Part shown: in pieces, positions 43,916 through 53,840 of the stretch
Position numbering within the stretch: the first letter of the stretch is position 1
How the letters are laid out: each line of letters begins with the position of its first letter
Assembly (NCBI GenBank): GCA_016183325.1
Contig: JACPEV010000006.1
Span: 5,883-69,882, forward strand
DNA: 64,000 nucleotides
Source of the DNA: Candidatus Curtissbacteria bacterium
Lineage (GTDB): Bacteria > Patescibacteriota > Microgenomatia > Curtissbacterales > GWA2-41-24
Reading direction: 5' to 3'
Made by a program: the position numbers and the translations under genes
Notes under the pieces: generated by a model
Seen by the model: the letters and a program-made list of their open reading frames with translations, nothing else
Database searches by the model: none
What the model was told of the DNA's origin: nothing

Positions 43916-45287
43916 AACTGCTGCTTCCCAAAAGTATATCAGGAGAAATATAATTTTTCTCTGCCTTTTTATCTTATCCCTTGCCCTTTACCTCTATAAA
44001 TTCCCAAAGATGGCTACTTTTGATTTTGATCAGGACTACTATGGCAATCAATATTTAAGAATATTTAAAGAGAAAAAACCGACACTGCTGGGGATTGAAG
44101 CCTCGGTTGGTGGTTTATTTGTAGCGCCCCTATATTCCTATTTCGCATCAATTGTCTATGCCGCGTCTTTGGGAAACCCTCTGGGTATTTATCTGGCAAC
44201 CATCATCATCGCTTCACTTCAGGGACCTGTCACCTTTTTATTACTGGCCAGATTAAAAGGGCAAAAGGTTGGAATTTTCGCAGGGCTTGTGACAATCTTC
44301 TCGCACGCACTCTTTTCCAAAGCATTTGCTCCCTCCCCGATCAATCTAATTTACCCAATGGGACTCCTCTTTTTCTATTTCTTATCCCGCCTTGACCAAA
44401 AGCCCCAAAATATTATTTGGTTGGGCTTACTTTCAGGTTTATCTTTACACATCCATTTATCACTCTTGGCACTCGTCCCTACTACTGTGCTTTACATCAT
44501 CTGGAAAAAACCAAAAAGCCTAAACCCTAAATATCTCTTGATCGCAGGGCTGATATTCATTTTTTGGGCTATGCCCTTAATCTTATTTGACATCAGGCAT
44601 GATCTATACCTGTCAAAAAACTTTATCGACTTCTTTTTACAAGGCATCAATAATCAAAACTTCTTGGCCAATGTCTTGAGAATCTTAAAAGCTCTGATGG
44701 ATGTCTTAGCTGGCTTGGCCAGTGGGAATTTAATTGGTAAATTCTTCCTGGTGATCATTCTATTATATTTTGCCAAAAAACTTAGAAATGATAACTTATT
44801 GAAAACAGCAGGGTTTGTTATTTTGGTAACAAGTGCGCTGTTTTCTCTTTATTTTGGCAATCTTTCCGACTATTACTTTTTTTCTTTGCTGGCACCTTTT
44901 CTTTTGATCGTAGCCAGCTTCTGTTCTTGGATGTTTGGTCGCCCGATCGGCAAAATAATCTTGTTGGCGGCTCTTGGTTTTTTTCTCATCTATAATCTTA
45001 AAGAAATAAAAAGCTCAGTTAATCCTTACAATTATTTCGTTAAAGAAAAAGCCGTCAGATATATTAAAAATCAGGCACAAAACAAGAACGTCAAAATCTA
45101 TTTTGACACGGAAGTCGGTTTAGGCTTTGGTTTCAATTATCTATTCAAATATCAAGATCTCAATTTAAGCGATACTGATTATGAGCAAATTTACCAAATC
45201 GTTATCCGTGGCAAAGAAGAAAGCCCGGGAGCCGCGTTCAGAGAAAAAAATGTAGAAAATACTATTAGAGTCATAAAATTATTGTAA
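43884..45287 (+). CDS. GT-C glycosyltransferase (family 39 / ArnT-PMT-like).
   Basis: First-loop acidic motif FDFDQDYY, then about 11 TM helices and a C-terminal soluble domain. Confidence 0.5.
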   Translation: MLTIAMFIRPKTAASQKYIRRNIIFLCLFILSLALYLYKFPKMATFDFDQDYYGNQYLRIFKEKKPTLLGIEASVGGLFVAPLYSYFASIVYAASLGNPLGIYLATIIIASLQGPVTFLLLARLKGQKVGIFAGLVTIFSHALFSKAFAPSPINLIYPMGLLFFYFLSRLDQKPQNIIWLGLLSGLSLHIHLSLLALVPTTVLYIIWKKPKSLNPKYLLIAGLIFIFWAMPLILFDIRHDLYLSKNFIDFFLQGINNQNFLANVLRILKALMDVLAGLASGNLIGKFFLVIILLYFAKKLRNDNLLKTAGFVILVTSALFSLYFGNLSDYYFFSLLAPFLLIVASFCSWMFGRPIGKIILLAALGFFLIYNLKEIKSSVNPYNYFVKEKAVRYIKNQAQNKNVKIYFDTEVGLGFGFNYLFKYQDLNLSDTDYEQIYQIVIRGKEESPGAAFREKNVENTIRVIKLL

Positions 45288-45453
45288 GAACCATTGCACA
45301 CCGGTCTTTCGATTAATCACTCAAGACCTGATTCTGAGCGTAGTCGAAGAACCGGTGTGCTATTATCCGCGCCTATCTCTCTTATCAGCGCTTCAAAGAT
45401 AACCAATCATTTCTTTTTGGGCTTTTTTGAAATTCTTGGATATTCTCTGGACG

Positions 45454-45563
45454 AACTACCACGACTTAACAGTCGTGGTAGGTTCAGGCTACGCCTTCGG
45501 CGAGTACGTAATTGTTCAATTCACCCACGGGTAAAAACCCGTGGTACTTGCGAACAATTATAG
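45454..45563 (+). mobile_element. 110-bp structured repeat element (MITE-like), copy A. It supplies the ATG and first 17 codons of the downstream femAB-like ORF.
   Basis: Near-identical to 57086-57196 in the same orientation. Three internal hairpins: CCACGACTTAACAGTCGTGG, CACCCACGGGTAAAAACCCGTGGTA, and AATTGTTCAA..TTGAACAATT. Confidence 0.75.
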
Positions 45564-46597
45564 ATTTCAACAATCGGGAAGTAGAACATATTTTTCCTGA
45601 AATACCAAACCCACCAACAAAATTTTTCTCCGTCCGAGAATGGTATCATTCATATGTGAAATATCCCCCCCATCTTTTGCAATCACCGCAGTGGGCTCAA
45701 TTTCGTCAAAGGTGGGGTACGCGCGCGGTAAAAGTAGGCAAAGCATACCTTACCATTCACCCCGTGCCACTGCTTCCTTATACCGTTGGGTACATTCCAC
45801 GTGTTTTCCCCAAAGATATTGATTGGCAACTTCTCAAAAAAGAAGCAGCCAGGAATCGCTGCATCTTTGTCAAAATCGAACCCAATAGCGCCTCGTTTAA
45901 TCCGCCTTTTTCTTTTGACGTCAGGCCCGGCGAACGGATGTTTGCTCACGCCACGTATGTTATTGACCTACGAAAGACTGAAAAAGAATTGCTGACCGCA
46001 ATGCACTATAAAACTCGCTACAACATTGGTTTGGCCAAAAAAAGGGGAATAAAGATAAAAGTAGGCCATTCCAATAAAATGTTAACCGAATTTCTAGACC
46101 TTTTTCACAAAACGTCCTTGCGCCACAAAATTGCAATTCACCCTGACGCTTATTACAAAACACTCCTTGATGTTTTTAGCACAAAGGGCAATGCCCAAAT
46201 TATTACTGGCTACTACAACAGAAAGCCGTTGGCGTCAATGATGTTTGTCATCTTTAACGACACTATTTTTTACCCGTATGGTGGATCCACACTTCTTTAT
46301 AAAGAAAAAATGGCTCCATATTTAGTTATGTGGGAAGGAATATTGTTGGGGAAAAAACGTGGCTGTTTGTACTTTGACATGTGGAATTGTCTTCTGCCCG
46401 AACAAGAGAGTCCTTCTCACCCATGGTACGGATTTCACCGGTTTAAAAAAGGGTTTAACGGTGGACTACTTCGGTTCGCTGGAGCCTATGACGTAGTGTT
46501 CAATGATCCCCTTTACTCTCTTTTTACGACACTCAACCACTTACGTTGGGCAATTCTTAAAATCCTTTTGGCTCTAAGGAAAGTAACCAAACGATAA
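45512..46597 (+). CDS. FemAB-family peptidoglycan peptide-bridge aminoacyltransferase.
   Basis: FemABX landmarks SPQWAQFRQRWG, TVGYIPRV, KTRYNIGLAKKRGIKIKV, HPWYGFHRFKKGFNGGL. The N-terminus is encoded by the MITE, so the true start is uncertain. Confidence 0.6.
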   Translation: MFNSPTGKNPWYLRTIIDFNNREVEHIFPEIPNPPTKFFSVREWYHSYVKYPPHLLQSPQWAQFRQRWGTRAVKVGKAYLTIHPVPLLPYTVGYIPRVFPKDIDWQLLKKEAARNRCIFVKIEPNSASFNPPFSFDVRPGERMFAHATYVIDLRKTEKELLTAMHYKTRYNIGLAKKRGIKIKVGHSNKMLTEFLDLFHKTSLRHKIAIHPDAYYKTLLDVFSTKGNAQIITGYYNRKPLASMMFVIFNDTIFYPYGGSTLLYKEKMAPYLVMWEGILLGKKRGCLYFDMWNCLLPEQESPSHPWYGFHRFKKGFNGGLLRFAGAYDVVFNDPLYSLFTTLNHLRWAILKILLALRKVTKR

Positions 46598-47556
46598 AGC
46601 TTGTATCGTGACGCATGAACGGGAAACGCATAGGCGTCGGGAAACGTGATCACTTCTCCTCCAAAACCTTTTTTAAATACTGAAATTCCTGACCAAGGGT
46701 GTTTGGGTTTATCTTTTGGTGCAATTCCCCAAAAGTCAAATGCCTTGCAACCCTTTTGTTTTGCATTTTGAATAGCTGACCAAACCAAAAAATGCGCAGC
46801 TCCGATTTTTCTCCCATTCTCACTCGAAGCAGCATATAAATACGTCGCCGTACCACGATATTGAAGAATAATGGCTCCAGCAACAGGTATATCGCCACAG
46901 TAGGCAATAAATAATTTGGCAATTTTTTGCTCCGCAAGTTTTGTAAATTGTCTTCTTAAATAAGTTGACGATTGTAATAAAAACTTCTGCCTTTTCTCTG
47001 TTTCAAGAAGAAGCCTGGCAAAATCATTCCAGCGAGAAAGTGTGTTAAAAACTGAAATTGTCACGTTTTTTTTCATAGCTTGTTTAATAAGATATCGCGT
47101 TGATTTTCGAAAAGATCTAAATAGTATATCGGCGGACCGATTAAGAGATATAACAAGTGTGTGCTGAGGTTGAATAGTGTAGTTGTTTACAAAACCTTCC
47201 AAAAGATAGACCAACTCATTAAAAAATGACACGTTGTTTGGTTCGATGAAAAGAAAATCGGCGCCATTTTCTCGCGCTTTGGTTCTAAGAAAAGTGAGAA
47301 TTTCTTTTAACCCCTCTTTGTTACGTGCTAGCGGTCCGCGGGGACAGTAAAGAAAGGTAAAAAAACGTGACCGTACGATATACAGTTGTGCCGCAGCTTC
47401 TACACGTCGCCCCTCTTTCACCAAAATTCTGAAAGTTTCATTTTCAAGCTTTTTTTGGAATTCTCCCCATGCCCATGACTGAAGAAACGGGGGATCAGTG
47501 AATTGAGCAAGAACCTCATCCCACTGCTTTTCGCTGCGACATTCAACAACGTCCAT
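46513..47556 (-). CDS. FemAB-family aminoacyltransferase, second paralogue.
   Basis: FLQSWAWGEFQKKL, FLYCPRGPL, TRYLIKQAMKKNV, HPWSGISVFKKGFGGEV. Confidence 0.65.
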   Translation of the reverse strand: MDVVECRSEKQWDEVLAQFTDPPFLQSWAWGEFQKKLENETFRILVKEGRRVEAAAQLYIVRSRFFTFLYCPRGPLARNKEGLKEILTFLRTKARENGADFLFIEPNNVSFFNELVYLLEGFVNNYTIQPQHTLVISLNRSADILFRSFRKSTRYLIKQAMKKNVTISVFNTLSRWNDFARLLLETEKRQKFLLQSSTYLRRQFTKLAEQKIAKLFIAYCGDIPVAGAIILQYRGTATYLYAASSENGRKIGAAHFLVWSAIQNAKQKGCKAFDFWGIAPKDKPKHPWSGISVFKKGFGGEVITFPDAYAFPVHASRYKLYRLVTFLRAKRILRIAQRKWLSVVKRE

Positions 47557-48775
47557 AGAACATTTTTAATGTTTTGATTACACGTTCTACCTGTTTATTG
47601 GAAAGGCGAGGATAAGTGGGAAGATTTACAACACTTCTTCCAACCTCTTCGGCCACAGGACATGAGTCTTGCGTGTAATAAAGTTTTGCCGCGCTTGACA
47701 TAGGCGCTATGGGTGTTTGATACCAGTTACCTAAAATAATATTTTGTCTTCTGGCAAAAGAGCGCAGTTTTTTTGGGTTCTCAACTCTTATTGGGTAGCG
47801 AAGATATATCGCTTGGGACGCGAAAGAAGGTTGTGGATATCCAACGGGAATACTTCCGAGTTCTTCACGGTATCTCTGGGCGATTTCAATTCGGCGTTTA
47901 TTGTCCTGATCCAGACGACCAAGTGCTTGAAGAACCAACTGCGCTTGTGGGCCAGAAAGACCATCAGATCCCTCAAGGGATTTCAGACCCACTTGTTCTT
48001 GCTCCGAAACGGCACCCTTAAGAAAACCTAGCTTCCATAAAACAAATATTAATCCTTTTCCCAAAAGTAAGTCATAGGTGGGAAGAGCAAAAGACCAAAA
48101 AATTGGATGGAAAAGGGCCCGTGCAATTTCTTTTTTCGTCGGGATGACGAACTTGTGGCTCATCCCTCGGAAGAGTTTTGCGATCCGCTTGTTTCTAATA
48201 AGCAGAAGTCCACCACCCACTCCGGAAACAACCTTGTCTTGGCTAAACGAAAAAATGGCTCCGTCTCCGAAAGTCCCGACCAGTTGATTATCGTATTTCG
48301 CCCCCAGTGAGTGGGCGCAGTCTTCTATCAGTATCAGTTTATGTTCTTCGCATATTCTCTTTATTTCATGAAGAGAGGCAGGAATGCCAAACGTGTGCTG
48401 GACGATAACAGCTTTAGTCTTTCCGGTAATTTTTTTGCTGACATCGCGCGGATCAAGATTATAAGTGTCTTCACTGATATCGGCAAATACAACCTTTCCA
48501 CCCGCCCAGGTGATGGCATTAGGAACAGCAAGACAAGTGAAAGCCTGTGTGATAACTTCATCATCAACATCAATAGCAGCCTCCAAAAGAAATTGGAGCG
48601 CAGAACGTCCGCTCACAGTAGCTTGAGTAATTCGAGCTTTATACCTATTTAAAAAATACTGCTCTAACTTTTTTATACCTTCTCTCCTATACCAAGACTG
48701 TGGTGTAAGAAGAAGCTTATATGCAAGAATTACGTCTTCACCCCTAGTATTTGGTGAAGCGTCAATGGCAATCAT
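47543..48775 (-). CDS. DegT/DnrJ/EryC1/StrS-family PLP-dependent sugar aminotransferase.
   Basis: IEDCAHSLGA and the PLP-lysine region SFSQDKVVSGVGGG. Confidence 0.75.
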   Translation of the reverse strand: MIAIDASPNTRGEDVILAYKLLLTPQSWYRREGIKKLEQYFLNRYKARITQATVSGRSALQFLLEAAIDVDDEVITQAFTCLAVPNAITWAGGKVVFADISEDTYNLDPRDVSKKITGKTKAVIVQHTFGIPASLHEIKRICEEHKLILIEDCAHSLGAKYDNQLVGTFGDGAIFSFSQDKVVSGVGGGLLLIRNKRIAKLFRGMSHKFVIPTKKEIARALFHPIFWSFALPTYDLLLGKGLIFVLWKLGFLKGAVSEQEQVGLKSLEGSDGLSGPQAQLVLQALGRLDQDNKRRIEIAQRYREELGSIPVGYPQPSFASQAIYLRYPIRVENPKKLRSFARRQNIILGNWYQTPIAPMSSAAKLYYTQDSCPVAEEVGRSVVNLPTYPRLSNKQVERVIKTLKMFYGRC

Positions 48776-48962
48776 CAGAAGCTTAATCGATCGACGATCC
48801 TTTTCGCGACGGCAAGAGCCTGACCAGGAATCATAAACGTTTGTATAATACCATAGGCTCTAGTGTGAACAACACAGTCACCTTCAATGTGAACTAGCTT
48901 GGCATATCCGAAACAAACCCGAATGTCGAGAGACAATTTTGATCACAAGGTAAGATAAGTTA

Positions 48963-49238
48963 ATGACTTACAAGAAAAAATGGTCTGGTGAAGTCACCAA
49001 AACCAGCTTCGCGCTTGATTTAGAAGAAGGAGTTTTTACTTGGGATAACTCCAAAAAGATAGCCGCCAGCCTTAAGCGCTCGGCAGAGGCAAGCACCAGA
49101 CGTAAAGCCGCGCCATTCCAAAGCGCAATGAGCATGCTCAACTTTTACATTAATCGCGCCGGCAAAAATCTAAAACTGGAAAGAAAAAAGCTACTCGAGC
49201 TGACAAAAGTTGAATTAAGAAAATTGTTTAACAAATAG
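48963..49238 (+). CDS. DUF3175-family protein.
   Basis: ALDLEEGVFTWDNSKKIAASLKRSAEASTRRKAAPFQSAMSMLNFYINRAGKNL closely matches the DUF3175 consensus as recalled. Confidence 0.55.
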   Translation: MTYKKKWSGEVTKTSFALDLEEGVFTWDNSKKIAASLKRSAEASTRRKAAPFQSAMSMLNFYINRAGKNLKLERKKLLELTKVELRKLFNK

Positions 49239-49393
49239 CTCTCAATCAGTGTAACCCCTGCACGAACTTTATGGGTGATGGGTAAGTCCCCGTGTCTAAC
49301 GCGGCAGACAAGTCTGGCCGAGTTTGAGCCGATGTTTATGTAGTTGCCTTGCAAGTTGCGGACTCAGTTTATTACACTTTAAGCTCAGAAATT

Positions 49394-49978
49394 TCAATAA
49401 GGAATTTCAAACAAACGAGTGTTTCGGGACGATATTAAATTTTGCAGTGATTCTTTTCCTCGAAGGTGTGCATCCCCTCCAATATGAACTCCTACTGAGT
49501 TGGGGAAAGTGTTTGCTACTTTGTCTATCGCTTTTGCCATAAACTTATTTCTTTCCACATTGTCGGCCAATTTTTTAAGTGTCTCCTCATCCAAGGCACC
49601 AGAATCATTCCAAACCACTGAAGGATCCTCAAGGTCAGTAATATTCACTGAGGTAACCTCTTCCAGGGATCCATCATATAAGTCTACAAAATAGAGTGGT
49701 ATATTGTTCTTTTTGCAATAAATTATAGCTGCTATATATTCTGCTCCAGGAGGAGGTTTTTCTAGATACTCTTGCTCTAACCCTTCAAGCTCATTCGCCT
49801 TTGCTCTAAGTGCTCGACCAAAGAAAGACTTGTTGGTAATATCATGCAACCCCACTTCTAGCGTAACAAACCCTGGACTCAATCGTTCCAATATTTGCAT
49901 TACATACCTAAAATTTTTCTCTGCAACCCACAATTCCGAATGTGTAACGCCAACCAGTCCAATCTCCGACCCTTCCAT
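49394..49978 (-). CDS. TraB/GumN-family protein.
   Basis: IGLVGVTHSE and VHIGGDAHL resemble the TraB family GTAHVS and HVGG..HL motifs. Confidence 0.35.
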   Translation of the reverse strand: MEGSEIGLVGVTHSELWVAEKNFRYVMQILERLSPGFVTLEVGLHDITNKSFFGRALRAKANELEGLEQEYLEKPPPGAEYIAAIIYCKKNNIPLYFVDLYDGSLEEVTSVNITDLEDPSVVWNDSGALDEETLKKLADNVERNKFMAKAIDKVANTFPNSVGVHIGGDAHLRGKESLQNLISSRNTRLFEIPY

Positions 49979-50161
49979 TAAATTTAATTATATACGATTT
50001 GGCACCAGCATTCCCAGCGCCAATGATCTGCTTCGCAGAACAAGAGCTGCACTGCAGGGCAAAGGTGGAAGACGTTTTTTCTAGAGACAGAGGAGGAGTT
50101 TGAGCCAGTGTTTATTTAGCACTCATGGATAAAATCAGACGCTGCTTGATAAAATACGACA

Positions 50162-50779
50162 ATGGCGACTAAAGAAAGGTTCGTTGGTGTATCTTTTGAC
50201 GACGGTCCTAATTCACAAAATATTCAAGAGATTCTAGCTATCCTGAGAGAGAACAATTGCCAGGCAACTTTCTTTTGGATTGCCGAATTTGCCAAAAAAT
50301 TTTCTGACCAAGATCGGAACTTATTTTCAAAAATCATCAGGGAATTAAAGGTATCCGAACATGAAATTGGCTTACATGCACCGTCCGACTACGCCCCGAC
50401 TTTTTTATCAAGAGCTTACTCTCAATTCTCAAAAGAAGAAATAAAAATCGCTATTGCTGATCTTGAGGAACTTACAGGTCAAAAAGTTCGACTGTATAGA
50501 CCTCATTACCTACTCCAACCCGCCTCAATTATCTTTGCCAGGCAACTTGGATTATCAACTGTGTTCGGTGATGCGATTCATTATGCCAGTGCTGACGCTT
50601 CAACAGAAGTGCAAATTAAAAAGTTTTCTGGAGCAAGAAGTGGAAGTATTTTAATTTTCCACGATGGCACAACCCTTCAACGAAAGACAACCCATATTCT
50701 GGAAGTATTACCACAAGTGTTAGATAATCTAAAAGGATTAGGGCTGACACCAACTAAAGCTTCTGCAGTTTTAAGCTAA
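50162..50779 (+). CDS. CE4 polysaccharide deacetylase (NodB-homology domain).
   Basis: VGVSFDDGP (motif 1), HAPSDY, RPHY, ILIFHDG (motif 5). 205 aa. Confidence 0.75.
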   Translation: MATKERFVGVSFDDGPNSQNIQEILAILRENNCQATFFWIAEFAKKFSDQDRNLFSKIIRELKVSEHEIGLHAPSDYAPTFLSRAYSQFSKEEIKIAIADLEELTGQKVRLYRPHYLLQPASIIFARQLGLSTVFGDAIHYASADASTEVQIKKFSGARSGSILIFHDGTTLQRKTTHILEVLPQVLDNLKGLGLTPTKASAVLS

Positions 50780-50919
50780 CATAGGCATACTTTTGGAGAC
50801 AGAGGAGGAGTTTGAGCCGATATTTGATTTAGCTTGAATTTAAGAAGTACAATTCTGCCTTGTGGAACGCTTAGCACAATTAAAGGTAGAAATAAGTTCA
50901 GAGGGAAAAACAAGTCTTC

Positions 50920-51300
50920 TTGACAAGGCTTCGAAATCGCCCAACCGACCTTGATGATCGTCGAGGAGTTGTTACATGGCGCAGAAGCAGTATATATTTC
51001 CATGCACTCCAAGACTTAAGGCTCGTTGACTTTGCAAGAAGAGCTCATGATGGTGAGGAAGGCAAAGAGTTACCTGAACTTGTGCAAAACGCTCAGGCAT
51101 GTTTTGTCAAAGACTTTGATATATATTTCGCGGGCTTCCCAAAAGAAGAAACAGCGATGTCCAGTCTATTTCAAGAGATATTTGATACTGGGACTTCCTT
51201 TGAGTGGCAAAATGACCTAGAAAGGGTCGAGGGGCTCGAAGAAGCTTTTTCAGAACTCTATAGGGAACAAATACGACCTTGGGTTGCGCTAGAAAAATAG
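50920..51300 (+). CDS. Conserved small ORF of unknown function, paralogue A of 56451-56828. Start uncertain.
   Basis: The two copies differ by a mix of synonymous and nonsynonymous substitutions in this frame, consistent with coding. No ATG at the 5' end (TTG in the ORF track). Confidence 0.3.
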   Translation: MTRLRNRPTDLDDRRGVVTWRRSSIYFHALQDLRLVDFARRAHDGEEGKELPELVQNAQACFVKDFDIYFAGFPKEETAMSSLFQEIFDTGTSFEWQNDLERVEGLEEAFSELYREQIRPWVALEK

Positions 51301-51450
51301 CGAGCACGCCGATATTTTATAGAGAGACGATTTTCGAACTAAATTTCTATTTCAATTTTCCAACTTAAAGGTTTCAATGTCAGAAAGTTAAGATTGGAAG
51401 TTTTAGTCAAAACAATTTATTTAGAGAAATTTTTTCCCTTTAGCTCTCCG

Positions 51451-51882
51451 CTAGTTTAAATCTTCGACCTTTTGAACATAATCATTCTCTTGAATTGTTT
51501 CGATTACTATACCTTTTAGAGAAGGTTCCTCAATAAATACATCAATGATTGCTGAGATTTCGGGGGAAGAGGTTTTGTCGCTTTTTTTTGAATTTTCTTC
51601 TAGCAATGATTTAGAAACATACCAAGTGCCGTTAACTCCTTCTATTTTTTGGAATTCTTTGATTAAAACTTCGGCTTGAGTGTTTGAAACATCAGTTTTT
51701 AAATAGACTCTTATGACTTTCTTGTCTTTATATCTTTGTTCTGTAATTTTATCATCAAATTCTTCATAGGATCTTCTAGTTACCATTAGCCTATCAGCAA
51801 CTACTGCACCTATAATCAAAATTAGAGCTAATATTGCAAGAAAAATTGAACTCAAACCTTTTTGAAATGCAGAGGTTCCCAT
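51451..51882 (-). CDS. Membrane-anchored protein resembling the FtsX extracellular domain. No permease domain.
   Basis: N-terminal TM helix, then KVIRVYLKTDVSNTQAEVLIKEFQKIEGVNGTWYVSKSLLEE, similar to the FtsX ECD. Confidence 0.35.
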   Translation of the reverse strand: MGTSAFQKGLSSIFLAILALILIIGAVVADRLMVTRRSYEEFDDKITEQRYKDKKVIRVYLKTDVSNTQAEVLIKEFQKIEGVNGTWYVSKSLLEENSKKSDKTSSPEISAIIDVFIEEPSLKGIVIETIQENDYVQKVEDLN

Positions 51883-51964
51883 TTATTATTCTTAAATTCT
51901 TCCCACTGACTATTTTCTAGAAATACCTCATAGTAAGCCAAACAATCTTTTTCACGAACTCAAT

Positions 51965-52360
51965 TCACCACACTGACTGAACGTGAGGGTATTTTCTAAT
52001 TCGCTGGTCACTTGTTATCAAAGTAGCACCCATCTCAACCGCAGTAGCCGCAATAATCCTATCAGCAGGGTCGCGCCCTACGGTTTCCGAAAGCTGTACA
52101 GATTTTGCAGCAATTATATTATTAACCGGCACGAAATTAATAAATTTAAGCTGCTCTACCTCTTCAAGCCAAGCATCAACATCCTTCGATAGTTCAAGCC
52201 TACCTTTCTTAACGAGCAAATAAATTTCCCAAATACTCATCGATGAAACATGGATACCGTTCTTTTTAATTTCAGAATTGATATACTTTGCTGCTTTTTG
52301 TGGAAGTTTTTCCGGATTGCCGACAAGATAAATGAGCGCGTTCGTATCCAAAACTATCAT
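51965..52360 (-). CDS. PIN-domain toxin VapC.
   Basis: MIVLDTNALIY N-terminus and the DRIIAATAVEMGATLITSD C-terminal PIN motif. Likely start is the ATG at 52360. Confidence 0.65.
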   Translation of the reverse strand: MIVLDTNALIYLVGNPEKLPQKAAKYINSEIKKNGIHVSSMSIWEIYLLVKKGRLELSKDVDAWLEEVEQLKFINFVPVNNIIAAKSVQLSETVGRDPADRIIAATAVEMGATLITSDQRIRKYPHVQSVW

Positions 52361-52587
52361 TTTAACGCTTTCCAATCTTCAAGCCCTACCGGCTCATTTG
52401 GATCATCGTAACGAAGAACCGAACCTCGCAGAGACTTAAGGACCGCTTTGGAATCCTGGTCAAACGGGGTAATTTTTACAACCGGCTTACCGGCGTGAGT
52501 AACAATAAGAGGCTTTTTATCCTTTTCCACCTTGCGCAAGTATTCAAGAAGCTGGGATTTTAACTGAGATTTTGAAACTGTCTGCAT
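52357..52587 (-). CDS. Phd/YefM-family antitoxin.
   Basis: MQTVSKSQLKSQLLEYLRKVEKDKKPLIVTHAGKPVVKITP, operonic 4-nt overlap with VapC. Start at ATG 52585-52587. Confidence 0.6.
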   Translation of the reverse strand: MQTVSKSQLKSQLLEYLRKVEKDKKPLIVTHAGKPVVKITPFDQDSKAVLKSLRGSVLRYDDPNEPVGLEDWKALK

Positions 52588-52667
52588 AATGTGACCATGG
52601 TACCATGACCATAGGCATTTTGTCAAGAATTAAGGAAAAATCCAGAAAACGCGCCACGATTTTCGAA

Positions 52668-53099
52668 CTAATTTTTTGATTTAGATAATAATCTAAATGC
52701 TTTAGTAATTGCCTCTTTGTAAAAGAGTGGCATATTTAGACCTTCGACTTCTTCAACTGAAAATTTCTCAAACTTTGCTTTACCTGCTTCACTTTCAATC
52801 TCAAATCTATCTGTTCTGTTTATGAGTCGACAGAGGTATGAAATTACTAAAACACCTTTCGATTCATCTTGGGATTTCTCGATTTGATAAAGATTGGCTT
52901 GGACAATATCAGCAACTTCTACTTCAAAACCAAGCTCCTCTTTTAGCTCTCTGACAACTGCTTTCTCTGGTTGTTCCCCACGATCAAGTTTTCCTCCCGG
53001 GAGTTCCCATTCACCTCTCTCGTTCTTTCTCAACCACACTTTATCATCCTCAAAAACAATTCCTTTTACGGAAATAGGCACAGAATATGCAATATTCAC
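52668..53099 (-). CDS. NUDIX hydrolase.
   Basis: Nudix box GGKLDRGEQPEKAVVRELKEELGFEV. Confidence 0.7.
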   Translation of the reverse strand: MNIAYSVPISVKGIVFEDDKVWLRKNERGEWELPGGKLDRGEQPEKAVVRELKEELGFEVEVADIVQANLYQIEKSQDESKGVLVISYLCRLINRTDRFEIESEAGKAKFEKFSVEEVEGLNMPLFYKEAITKAFRLLSKSKN

Positions 53100-53142
53100 A
53101 ACGTTGAAAGTATATCAGAAGCCGAAGGAGTCGAAGGGCTAA

Positions 53143-53279
53143 CTAGCCTCAGTGATTACCGCCTCACATGTCCACAATGGTGGAGACAACCTTTCTAGCA
53201 TTTGCAGCGTCCAGTTGTGATAATTGTCCTGAAGGTTAATCAACGCAACAAGAGGACCGGTATCTAAAATTGTCTTCAT
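53143..53279 (-). pseudogene. Truncated PIN-toxin gene. First 45 codons only, near-identical to the 5' end of 57810-58205.
   Basis: MKTILDTGPLVALINLQDNYHNWTLQMLERLSPPLWTCEAVITEAS-stop. Homology ends where GGAGTCGAAGGGCTAA (MITE motif) abuts. Confidence 0.6.
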
Positions 53280-53473
53280 CCCCGTCTTCTACTGCCAATG
53301 TCGCGAAGATATTTTTTATTTACAGATAAATCAGACGGCCGTCTTAACGGTTGCAAATGCACCTTAAGTGCCTCACGCACAATACGCCCTTTTGAACGAC
53401 TGGTTTTGCGCGATTCTTCTTCTAAAGCAGCGGTCGTTGCCGGATCAAGCCTAATTGTGATTGTTTGATTCAT
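53276..53473 (-). CDS. Ribbon-helix-helix (CopG-type) antitoxin, the intact copy.
   Basis: MNQTITIRLDPATTAALEEESRKTSRSKGRIVREAL, 65 aa. Its stop overlaps the ATG of the truncated PIN gene. Confidence 0.6.
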   Translation of the reverse strand: MNQTITIRLDPATTAALEEESRKTSRSKGRIVREALKVHLQPLRRPSDLSVNKKYLRDIGSRRRG

Positions 53474-53645
53474 AATAAATTGGTAACTCTTACAAAGTCG
53501 GTGGGGCCTCTCTTTTTCAAGATGATTTTGAGGTTATATTAAGAACAAACTGGTTCGCCAAGTGGGACGATTCCGGCCTAACTAATGCTTTTCGCTCGCT
53601 CAGAATGAGATTGACCAAATTCAAACAATACTTTAAGCTAAAACT

Positions 53646-53837
53646 GTGAGCAAAAAAAGGAAAATATCAATTAAAAAATATCTCTTTCTCGCCCTTCTTG
53701 CGATAATTGCCTATCTTATCTATGCGTTTATTTGGTATCAAAAAAATACTAGTTATAAGCCAGAACTTTCAAAAGTCACGGATCAAGAAATAATCGAAGA
53801 CCTACAAAGATTAGTCGATCAAAAAAACCAAAAATAA
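53646..53837 (+). CDS. Hypothetical small membrane protein.
   Basis: 63-aa ORF with one TM helix and a GTG start. Confidence 0.25.
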   Translation: MSKKRKISIKKYLFLALLAIIAYLIYAFIWYQKNTSYKPELSKVTDQEIIEDLQRLVDQKNQK

Positions 53838-53840
53838 TAA

